Shown: positions 1 to 9,681 of the stretch, piece after piece
Layout: each line of letters begins with the position of its first letter
Position numbering within the stretch: the first letter of the stretch is position 1
Assembly: GCA_964035545.1 (NCBI GenBank)
Contig: OZ037771.1
Coordinates: forward strand, 5,737,190 to 5,801,189
Reading direction: 5' to 3'
DNA: 64,000 bases
DNA from: Bugula neritina
Taxonomy: Eukaryota; Animalia; Bryozoa
The notes under the pieces: model-generated
The model's input: the letters and a program-made list of their open reading frames with translations, nothing else
Told to the model about the DNA's origin: nothing
Database searches by the model: none
Program-made: the position numbers and the translations under genes

Positions 1-578
1 CTTAAAAGTTTGCTAGAGGACAGGCCATGGTGTAGTAACTATAGAGAGAACAGTTAATTACCTATAAACATGAGACTGTAATGAAAACTTAAACTGTGTT
101 TTATTTATAGCATAATAGTATCTGGTTAGATGGTTCTTTAATATAATGTAGCCTAAATTTTTTTTAGGTAATTTCCAGAATTGCAAGCAATAATGATGAA
201 CTATATTCTTCAAAACTCATCAAAGTTTTCCAGCTTGCTTATATAACTTTGAGCATTAAAATAACAATAATTAATATGACTTATTTTTGCTCTCCTAAAA
301 TTACAGCTAGTCCACTTGCACCAACTATTGCCAAATGCCAGAAGTATTTAGTTAGCACTGGTTGTGCTGTTATAGAAAGCTTTTCTTTGTAAGTTCTCAA
401 TATAGTTAACATAGCTAAGCTAACTTACACTTCACTACAGACTCACTATTGCCAACCTGTCATCAGACAGCATTAACATTAGTACCAATGCGCCTTTGCT
501 ACTTTTGTTTTAGAATGACCTATTGTCAGATATAATATAAGGTTGCATTGTTTCTCAATCAAAATAAATGGCACTCAC

Positions 579-711
579 CACTAGTTGGAACAGTTGCTGA
601 CGTGTAGCTGCCATTGGGACACAAGACATTTCCATCTGTAGCTGCTATCAAACTTGTGACGATGTAACAGATCACAATGCAAACAACATTTTGCTTCACA
701 GAAAAAGCCAT
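579..711 (-). CDS. First (signal peptide) exon of a divergently transcribed phospholipase B1-like paralogue; remainder probably lies left of the window
   Basis: ATG at 711 gives MAFSVKQNVVCIVICYIVTSLIAATDGNVLCPNGSYTSATVPTS, then a phase-1 GTGAGT donor (rc at 573-578). Resembles exon 1 of copy 4 (ANILCPDKNYTSPSVPTS) with the same phase. No exon 2 seen in 1-572. Confidence 0.65.
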
Positions 712-1545
712 CAGTAGGATCTTGGGGAAATTTCTTATCAACGTCTTCAATCTCAATATTCAGTGAAGGTAGATTAATAAGATTTCACTAGATGTCACCC
801 TTAATATTAGCATTAGATGCTCTATACCTGATACCCATCATTTTAGAAGGTCATGTTTCTTAGCTATGATTGGCTAATTGACATTTTAACTGTACAAATA
901 TCTCTATGCAGATTAGAGCTGTAGTCAAGCTATCAGCAGTCTAGTGTAGTACTAATGTATATCATCGAGTTTCTAGAATGTTACAATTACCCTCCAGGTA
1001 GTCTCGCAAGGCTGTGACTTTTTTTTAACTTAAGCCCACCTTTCTTCTAATACAGAAAGAAGCAGCTACTCATGTAATTATATAAGACCCCTGGTGTTCA
1101 TATTATAACAGCATCATATAGTCTTTGTTTCTTGTAACAGCATTGAGTCAGGCAACTAAAATTGACAACTTATACTCTTATATATTGAGGTTTGATCTTG
1201 TTAATTTTTATTTTAATACATAACAAGTATTGCCATAGTTTGCTTGCAGGTTTATCTTAAAATGTACAATTTTTATAAAAAATAGTTTGTTTAAATACCA
1301 TGGTGTTATATACATTTAGGAGTGTTCATATTTTAATTTGTTATGCTATAAAAACCTGTACGTTCACTTTATCCAAAATCAAATTGAACCTTACAGCCAT
1401 GGTGTATATTTCATATTTAGCATGGAGCATTTCTAATCTTTATTGTTGGCACTAATTATTGCTAATAATTTATTGATATATTTCAACATAAGAGAGTTAA
1501 TTATTTAAAAGATTTCTTTTTTTTATTAGATTATTCATATTGCAG

Positions 1546-4500
1546 ATGGGTTTTCCAGCAGATCTGTTAACTACTTTGATTCTTGTTGGGCTACTAACGC
1601 CATCTGCCTGCTATAACTTCTGTAATAGTTCGAGGAAATACTTGTCACTCCACGTCCCTACAAATAGTAAGTTATTTGAGTCAAGCTATTAAATTTATCA
1701 GAGTTAAACATTCTTCCAGATGGTAGCATCATTTAAGCTTTATAAGTTTTTGAAAACTGCAATTTTACATTCCAATTTGCTGCTACACAAGACTATGGCA
1801 ATTATAATTGTTTTGCTACTTTCTAGGTGACTTTTGGAACAGCTTGCTTTGCTACTTTTTTCATAAATTTAACTCAAGATGCATAATAAAGTTTTTATAA
1901 TAGGTTATTAGGTTGATAATTCAAAATCAATAATAGTACCATAAATCAGTGCTATAATATTTTTTTATAATGAAATATACTTTCATAGTGAATTTCAAAT
2001 CTTTTGATTTGCAAATTATATATTTGTTCAAATTAAAAACCATAAAATGCATAAAACTAAAAAATACTGCATTTTTTTTTGTTATATACAACAAAACTTA
2101 GTTTTATTTTTACAATAAATTTAGTTTTTCAAAAATTATAGTAGGCTACTTCAATCATACTTAAAACTTCAAAAAATTTAATTTGCAATTAATGAATTGC
2201 TGATTGTATCATATAACTTAAAATGGAAGTGAAAAACTTTCAACCTTGAATTTTTATTATAGTCTATACAATCTGTAACAATTTAATAAATATAAATGAG
2301 CAAATGTTTTGTGTACTTTTCTTAAACATTAAGGCCTAGAAATAATTAAATCATCATAGCACTTAAATAGGGTTTGAAATTGCTTAATAACAGAATAGAT
2401 CTTGGTCTTTGGTATAATGAAACTTATTTTATAGTTAGAATAATTTTGATTTATGCAATATTTTCTGCATTTATTTAGTTCGACAATTGAAAGTTGGAGA
2501 CATTAGCATAGTCGCAGGTTTGGGGGACTCTTTTACCGTAGCCAATGGCGCCAGATCAACTACTCTATTCCGAGTACATGAGGAATATAGAGGAGACTCA
2601 TTTAGGTGAAAGTTTCGGTCAACTAATCACTTAATTTTAGATGTTGGTTTGTAGACTTTTATGATTATAAAGTGTGTTTTTGCAATATTTTAGTGCTGGA
2701 GGGAGAGGGGCATACGAGTACGGCAGCACCACATTTCCAAGTGAGTTATAATTAGTTTCTACTAGCCTATGCTGACTAACAGGTAAGTAATTCAGATTCA
2801 CAAGCAATGCATTAAGTGTGCCAGAAACGGTTTATTGATTTGGATAACAACAAATATAAAAAAATATCCTTAATCTCTGGATTTATTGCTCACTTTTTGT
2901 CTTGTACTCTTCATCAAAAATAGTTATATGCTGTAGAAACAATTAATTTCAACAAAAACAAAAACTTCAAAATTATAACAACACTTACAAATATCAGCTC
3001 CTTTGAATCTTTTCATGGCAAGTGAAACTACTAACAATCATAATACAATTTAAAGAGTTTCATTTACCAGCCAAAAATTAAATAACAAAAAGCCAAAAAG
3101 TTATAGCTGAACACACTGCAAAATGTAGTGTTAACCTACCGGGCTAAGCTCTAGCTCCAGAGTGTTCGTTGTTGGCTTTCCTTCGGCTATCACTTGTCAG
3201 TAGCTTTAGTACTTGCTAGCTTGTAGCTTGTCAACATCAGATCATCTTACATGCTCCCTCCTTACAAAAGAGAAGCAGGGCACAAGAGCACATTTTCAGA
3301 ATGCCAGAACACATATCTATATTATCATCATCATGATGCTAATAATTCCACATGCCCTTTTCTTTTAAAAGAGAAGTGCAATCAATTCAAACAAAACTAG
3401 CTTTCAACTAATGCCCTTGAATACTTAAACTTATTATGAAGTGGTTCAAAGTGGCTCAGTCCTAGATGTCGAATCCCACCTTCTCGCATTGCTAGCACTG
3501 TTGGGAAGAACAATGCCAAATTTGACATTTATCATATTATCTGCAAGTGAAGTATATAGCAGCAAGGGTCAAGGCTGACTTCTCTTGCTAGCTTGCAGAG
3601 TCTTCTATGAGTTAAACTAAAGAACTCACAGGAGCAGACAACATTATTGGCAATGTTGATGTCATGTCAGTACTGAGGTCAAACCTCACATTTATCATAT
3701 TATCTGAAAGTGAGATGTCGAGGGTCTGCATATAGACTACACTCGGCTCACACCCCGTGAAGCAACAGCGAGGGTCACAACTGACTTCTCTCGCCGGCTT
3801 ACGGAGTCTTCCATGAGTTAAACTCACAGGAGCACACAACATTAGCGGTAACTGCTTCTGCCTGTCATTCCTTAGTATTCCACTGCAATAATGTGTTTAT
3901 ATCATTACAGTGAACATCAACACACTTTTCCATATCTACAACACACATGTATCATTTTATATCAACATTGTAGATCCAGCAATTTTAACCTAGTAATATC
4001 AGCTATACCAAGCAAATTTTCGGTAGAGTTTGCCAATACATAAATCTTGGTATCCACAAATCTGTTGAAGTAGCCAATGCAAACCTTAGCTCTGCCTAGC
4101 ACGTTCACCAAAGACTTATCAACACCTGTAATATGCTTATCTGGTTCCTTTAATTTAATGTTCAACTTTTCTGCAGTAGCCTCAGTAAGTGTAGAAACTT
4201 CAGACCCAGTATCTAGCAAGAATTCTACACGTCTACCACTAACTAATAAAGTCCTTGTTATTTTAGGACTGACATTGTGATTATAAGTCCCATCACTCTT
4301 TGTAGAAAACTTCATTGATTTTAGGGAGTCCATAACTCCGATCCTGTTTTCTCTTTGTTCCACATATCTCTTTTTGTGATGGTATCTTTCGTTATCAGAA
4401 CAATCTTGAGCAATGTGGCCGAATTCCTTGCACATGTAGCAACGGGTTTTAGGACAGTTTCTCACATAATGTCCTGTACGGTCACATCTAAAGCATCTGC

Positions 4501-7500
4501 CATGACTTTTGTAAGCATTTTGCAATTTATAACTACAATGTTGATACGATTAAAATGCCTCTTTTTTCTTTGAAAAAGAGTTGTCTCTATTGATAAAAAT
4601 TGTCTTATCATAATTAGATCTATGTAGAACTTTATCTCTTTTCTTACAGTGTTCTGAGCTACCATTAGCTTGGTAAGAATATGTGAGTCTACCAATTGAC
4701 TGTTCATCTATGCATTCATTGTTTATTGCATTTAAAGCATCCTCGGAAAGTTTACTTAAATGTGCAGCACGACTTTTCCTTTTCAGCTGTTCCCAGCTTA
4801 GATTAGCATGCTGCAACAAATGTCTACGTAATCCTGCATTTCTTAAACCATTAACTGCTAGCGCAACTGCAAATCCCATTCTAACATCATCATTATTGCC
4901 AAAGTTTATTGCTCTACTTAGCTTCTCAACTCTTAGCAAATAATCAATTTCGTTTTCTCCACAAGCTTGGGTCACAGTGACAAACTTCATGGTTTTCACA
5001 TAAAATGTATCATCTCTATCATAGTGAGATTGCAGTAAGTCTAAGGCTAACTCATATCCATCATCAGAGTTATTATTTAAATCAAAACCTAATGACTGTA
5101 AAGTATCAAGACCTTCTGGCCCTACAGCTCCTAACAGAGCTAAAAGCTTTCTCCTACCTCTAAATCTGCTAACCTGTTCATCCCCCACTACTTCAAACCC
5201 TGCATTAAGGGAAGTAACTTCTATACTCAATTTAAATTGAATGAGCCATGAGTTCCAAGATTTGGTTATGTTGCTTTCATCCAACTTTAATTTAGGAAAA
5301 GCATTAAGGTCTAATTTGATGTCTTCATGAGCCATACTACACTTAAGCAGTTTTAATAGAGTAAATAAAACAATTTAATTTTAAGCAGCTATCTCGTGAT
5401 TATGCACTGTACTCTCAGTTTCTTTCGCCGGCACTCTTATTCTGAATCTATTAGTATTATTTGTAAATTGCTCAAAAGTCAACACTCACCACCTTTCTCA
5501 ACAAGCCTCTCAACTCTTTTTCTCAAATATAAACCTCTGAAGTCTAGTGAACTCCAAACAACACACTTCTCTTTTTTGTAACTCTTGTCTCCTCAATATC
5601 CTGCCGACTGCGCCATGTAGTGTTAACCTACCGGGCTAAGCTCTAGCTCCAGAGTGTTCGTTGTTGGCTTTCCTTCGGCTATCACTTGTCAGTAGCTTTA
5701 GTACTTGCTAGCTTGTAGCTTGTCAACATCAGATCATCTTACACAAAACAGTATAACTTTAGTGAAATATTGGCTTAGCCAGGATTATCTCCCTTGCACA
5801 TTAAGTATGTCACATAGTCATTTTGGAAAATAGGAATAATGGTTTCAACATATACATATTCAAAGCACTTTAATAGCAAAATATGCTCTTCCAGAGTTTG
5901 GAGAGTCAAAAATAAGCTTCTACTGCTGTTTGAGCTAACGGCTTCTTCTAAGCTAGTTTGCTTTACTTCATTTATTAACACTATAACAAAAAGCTTTGCT
6001 AAAAGCAAAGCCATGTGTCAATATAAAAATGACAACTATTCTATGATTTAAATAAATATGAAGATGAAAATTGGCATAACAAAGAACATCATCAGTACAT
6101 TAAATACTGTAAAATAATTGCCCACACTAGGATTTGAACCCGAGTCCTCTGGCTTGCAAGCAAGTGTGCTACCATTACATCACGGAGGCCACTGGGTAAA
6201 CTCAACACTACATATACCATTGCAAGTCAATATATACAATGTGATAAATGAATGAAATGTCTAAATTTGTATTTTCTTGTCACCAATGCAAACTTAAACA
6301 TTATGTTTTTATATTGTAATGATATTTTGCTAAAGAGTAACTCTTAAGCTGTTTTACAGATATACTTAGAGTATTTAGTCGTCATTTGTATGGTTATGCT
6401 CTTGGTCCAGGAAATGTAACTTCATTTAATGCTAGATTCAATATGGCCGAGGCTGGAGCTGCCTTCAGGTATTTTTATTACCAAATATGCACTTTACAAG
6501 TAGTTTTGTGCAACTGTTCAATATATGTATGTATGTATTTGCTATCAATAGATAAGATGAAAGGTAAACAATTTTGTAGTTCTGCACGAAACAGTTATTT
6601 TAAAGTCTTATGAAGTCCAAATTTTGATTCCATCTATAATTCTCAAAATTTTAATGATTCTCTTAGTTGAAGTTTCAAATATATTTTAGTTTATATGATT
6701 AGTGCCTGTAAGCAAACCATATTACATAGTTCAAAAAAAATAAAATAAAATTAAAAAATTATAGTTTTTCTAGCAGCTGCCTTTTCCTTTCTTATATATA
6801 GGAGGTGGCAGCCGTGGTCTTGGGGTTAGAGCGCATAGCTTGGTAAATTTGAAGACATGGGTTCGAACCCCATTAAAGGCCATTGGTGATGTTAGGAAGA
6901 GCATCCAGTTATAATTATTCCTGTGCCGCATCTGAATAAGTCTTTAGCCTGATTTAACAAAAATACTTTTTTCCATGGATACCGATTCTAAACTTGCATG
7001 AGTGAGTTGAGTTACTTGCTTTCTTGCAGGCACATGCCAGTCCAAGCTCGCAGATTGATCTACAAAATGAAGAATGATCCGTACATCGACTTTCAGAATG
7101 ACTGGAAAATAGTAAATTTATTTACTGGACAGTATGATCAGTGTGTGGCTTGCGCAAACATGGTGAGTATTCCTAATTACTTGATTATCAACTTGCTATA
7201 TTTGCTTTTAGCTAACCTCTCTTTTCTTGTCCACTTGACCTGATGCAGTTTCGCAATTTAATAGAAAAATCTAGTTTACTGAAAGTAAAATACTTCAAAG
7301 TCAAATTTTCCCTTATTATTGGTGCCATTATTACCTGTGCCATTGTTACTTGTGTCATTTTTACCTGTGCCAGGTTTACTTGTGCCATTTTAACCGGACA
7401 CCATGATATACAAAAACAACAACTAATTGAGCTATCTTTATAGAATAAATATTCTCCAGAAATTTATAAGAACGCCGTCAGAGAGACCCTGGACATACTC

Positions 7501-9681
7501 AAGGAAAATCTACCTAGAACTTTGGTTAACCTGATAGAACCTTTTAACTTGGGACTGATAGAGGAACTGATGCGTTTAGACCCCTTCTGTCACTATGCTT
7601 CTAGGTATGTAGGCTAATCTATATCTGCAATATGAAACTGCAGAGATTGGAGTCATATTATAGCTTTTGTGATGCTGTTGCATCATAATTATGTGTGGCA
7701 GTTTGCGAGAATTGTGTATTGTTCTAACTAACAGTATACTAAAGTAAGATTTGCACTAAACAAGTGTCACATTTATTGCATATAAGTTACTTGTTTTATA
7801 TGTAACATTTAATCAGTTTATACTCAAAGTCACAATAATCACTTTGAGAATCGGTCTTACCTTCTATATATAATGCTTCTTAAAACGTATGCAAACTTTT
7901 TTAGATTTTTAAAATGTGACTGCGACATTTTCCTCAACAAAACACAAATGCAACAGTTAGCCAGCGGCTATAGTAGAGCTCTGAGAGATTTGGTCAAAAC
8001 TGGAAGATATGATGGCAATAATACCTTTGCAGTAGTGCTCCAACCTTTCTTTAGAAACTTTTCTCTTCCACGAAATGGGGTGAGACTTATGTACTTACAT
8101 GGTCATCACTTTACTAGCAGAATATACAAATAGTTTTAGTAGCTGATATACTTACGTGATTCTTACTAATTTTTGCTTGAATACAGAGCATTAGGTATTT
8201 GCGATTTAGGAATTGGATTTTTTGGTTGCACTTTTGCGACCATTAGAAAATGTCAATTGGGAAACACTTATAATGTGAAAAATGGACAATCCACCAATTG
8301 GCATTTGAAAAATGGTATTTATATAAATTGAAGAATATTTAACATGGAATAGTCCAGCGGGGTGTTTGGCATTTGCTAAGGTTTGCTTTCAAAAAGGAAT
8401 AAAATATTCAAATCATCTAGGCTATCATGAGAGTAGAATTAATTAAAATATTGCCCACATTTACAATAAGCTATTTTGAACCTGACCAGATGCTTAACAC
8501 CTATCCAGACTATGCCATGGTAAATTATCATTTATGAATGCCATTTTTCAAAGGTCTATTTTCCAGTTTTCCAGTTAATAAATGTCTATTTTAGAGTTGT
8601 CTATTGGTAATTTGTTCGTTTTTCAAATAGGTGTTTTCCAATTAAAATGTTCAAATAGCCATGTCACTAATTGTGCTTGCCAAACGTTTGCTATGTAAGA
8701 AACCATATTATGCTTTGGCACATGTTAATAACTACCATATCTTTTCTGTAGCCCCGTGTTCCGGATGCTCTTTTCTTTGCCCGTGATTGCTTTCATTTTG
8801 CTTCTTCAGCCCACGGTGTACTTGGCATAGCTTTGTGGAACTCAATGGTAAGAATACCACTTCTGTCGAAATATCTAAACGTTTGTGATAAAATAGCGCA
8901 TTATATCAGTATTTAATGTGGGTACAACTTCAAGTATCATTTTATCCTGTTTTAATGCTTTATGTTTGCTTCAAATTTGTTTGTGTTTTATTATACATTA
9001 ATACATTAAAAGAATAATTTGCTTCTGATTGTTGTAAACTAACCAATGAGATTTTTTTCGTTACCAAATTTATGAAAATTGTTTGCAAAAGCTGCAATTA
9101 TACACATATTTATATTATTATTACAGCTAAGCGTGCCTGCTGACAAAGCTACCAACGTAGATGTTGACGCAAACGTCATGTGTCCGTCTGTAAGTTCCTT
9201 TCACCATCTCGCGATAGCCATAGCTTAAAATTGTATCCATGTTTTTCATCACTCAGATTTATTAAAATATTATTTACAGTTTTTTGCAAATTTAAAGCAA
9301 ATTACACGCTGCTTTAGTTGGTAAGCTAGAGCTTCAATTTTTGAAGAAGCGTTTTTGAAAACCACTTTGGTAGATCTAATTGCATTCCATTGTTGATTAT
9401 TACTAAAATTAATTTTTGTATCATGTGGAAATATTATTTATAAGTGAGCAGATCAATTCAAAATCTTGAAAACATTGTATTGCAAACGCTGTAAATATAT
9501 CCATTAGAATTAATTAAAGTCTTAAAGTGTTTTTGCAATTATTTTTAAACACAACAAATACTACAATTTATAATGAACATAAAACAGTCAAAGGTGCATG
9601 CATTGTATAGACTATTAGATTTTTAAAAGTGATATTATATAATATTTATTGTAGACGGAATATATACCCATCAGCAACTAA
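1546..9681 (+). CDS. Secreted phospholipase B1-like GDSL/SGNH lipase, copy 1 (~352 aa, 10 coding exons)
   Basis: Exons 1546-1666, 2479-2605, 2694-2740, 6360-6468, 7030-7162, 7444-7604, 7905-8079, 8752-8847, 9127-9189, 9655-9681; all GT-AG with a continuous frame. Signal peptide; LKVGDISIVAGLGDSFT (block I Ser); FNMAEAGA; DFQNDWKIV; LPRTLVNL; FAVVLQPFF; DCFHF (catalytic Asp/His); ALWNSM. These are PLB1-family motifs. Confidence 0.9.
3124..3251 (-). repeat. 3' LTR (128 bp)
   Basis: Identical by eye to 5616-5743; TG...CA ends; PPT adjacent. Confidence 0.95.
3962..4549 (-). CDS. Retrotransposon nucleocapsid (2 CCHC knuckles) plus retropepsin aspartic protease, in frame with gag after a single TAA
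   Basis: CFRCDRTGHYVRNC and CYMCKEFGHIAQDC; FLLDTGSEVS active site; NLLG C-terminal motif. The 8 codons between the gag stop (4550-4552) and the ORF-track start (4525) are open and in frame. Confidence 0.85.
   Translation of the reverse strand, partial: SYQHCSYKLQNAYKSHGRCFRCDRTGHYVRNCPKTRCYMCKEFGHIAQDCSDNERYHHKKRYVEQRENRIGVMDSLKSMKFSTKSDGTYNHNVSPKITRTLLVSGRRVEFLLDTGSEVSTLTEATAEKLNIKLKEPDKHITGVDKSLVNVLGRAKVCIGYFNRFVDTKIYVLANSTENLLGIADITRLKLLDLQC
4550..5335 (-). CDS. gag: Retrotransposon Gag (capsid part), 261 aa
   Basis: Lies just downstream of the PBS; Mag-type Gag pattern W..W...F, LL..G, Q..GE...Y...E.L, GL.N..LR..LL. Confidence 0.85.
   Translation of the reverse strand: MAHEDIKLDLNAFPKLKLDESNITKSWNSWLIQFKLSIEVTSLNAGFEVVGDEQVSRFRGRRKLLALLGAVGPEGLDTLQSLGFDLNNNSDDGYELALDLLQSHYDRDDTFYVKTMKFVTVTQACGENEIDYLLRVEKLSRAINFGNNDDVRMGFAVALAVNGLRNAGLRRHLLQHANLSWEQLKRKSRAAHLSKLSEDALNAINNECIDEQSIGRLTYSYQANGSSEHCKKRDKVLHRSNYDKTIFINRDNSFSKKKEAF
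5598..5615 (-). promoter_or_regulatory. Primer-binding site complementary to the tRNA-Ser 3' end
   Basis: Minus strand TGGCGCAGTCGGCAGGAT directly follows the 5' LTR. The plus strand reads ATCCTGCCGACTGCGCCA, the typical animal tRNA-Ser 3' end with CCA (recalled from memory). Confidence 0.85.
5616..5743 (-). repeat. 5' LTR (128 bp)
   Basis: Identical to 3124-3251; followed on the minus strand by the PBS. Confidence 0.95.
6108..6212 (-). mobile_element. Solo LTR of a miniature LTR element (TRIM) with an internal tRNA-like sequence
   Basis: TGTA...TACA ends; near-TSD AATAC/TATAC; absent at the paralogous site in copy 2 (~15770). Minus strand has an A-box (TGATGTAATGG), a B-box (GGTTCAAATCC) and a tRNA-like fold. 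Homologous to 42821-42924. Confidence 0.75.
6801..6975 (+). mobile_element. tRNA-derived SINE
   Basis: A-box TGGTCTTGGGG, B-box GGTTCGAACCC, then a body GGCCATTGGTGATGTTAGGAAGAGCATCCAG; related copies at ~16681 and ~38468. Confidence 0.75.
7320..7402. repeat. ~15-bp minisatellite (TGTGCCATTNTTACC-like), probably a transposon-end fragment
   Basis: About five degenerate units ending in ACCGGACACC; not present in the paralogous intron of copy 2. Confidence 0.55.
8189..8690. mobile_element. Degenerate fold-back/MITE-like element in intron 7 (paralogue at ~18200-18775)
   Basis: Imperfect long inverted arms (TTTGAAAAATGG...TTTAACATGG..TAGTC vs GACTA..CCATG.TAAA...CCATTTTTCAAA) present in both duplicated units. 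Confidence 0.5.

Larger units (their letters stand above)
3124..5743 (-). mobile_element. Non-autonomous Ty3/Gypsy (Mag-like) LTR retrotransposon, gag + protease only, 2620 bp
   Basis: Identical 128-bp TG...CA LTRs (3124-3251, 5616-5743); 5-bp TSD CAAAA (3119-3123, 5744-5748); PBS 5598-5615; PPT AAGGAGGGAG (rc 3254-3263); gag and zinc-knuckle/protease ORFs; no RT, RNase H or integrase ORF. Confidence 0.95.
2818..5799. mobile_element. ~360-400 bp MITE/non-autonomous DNA element, split by the LTR element insertion
   Basis: Termini GTGCCAG...CTTGCAC flanked by a 7-bp direct repeat ATTAAGT (2811-2817, 5800-5806). 2818-3123 plus 5749-5799 match the reverse complement of 12978-13380. Absent at the paralogous intron position in copy 2. 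Confidence 0.75.

Noticed and set aside
6118-6192. Genuine tRNA gene
   Set aside because: Stems are mismatched, and the sequence sits within TG..CA termini with a TSD and recurs as LTRs at 42.6-42.9 kb, so it is treated as transposon-derived.
7320-7402. CRISPR-like array in the short periodic repeats (also 41020-41156)
   Set aside because: Units are contiguous without unique spacers, in a eukaryotic intron, with no cas genes.
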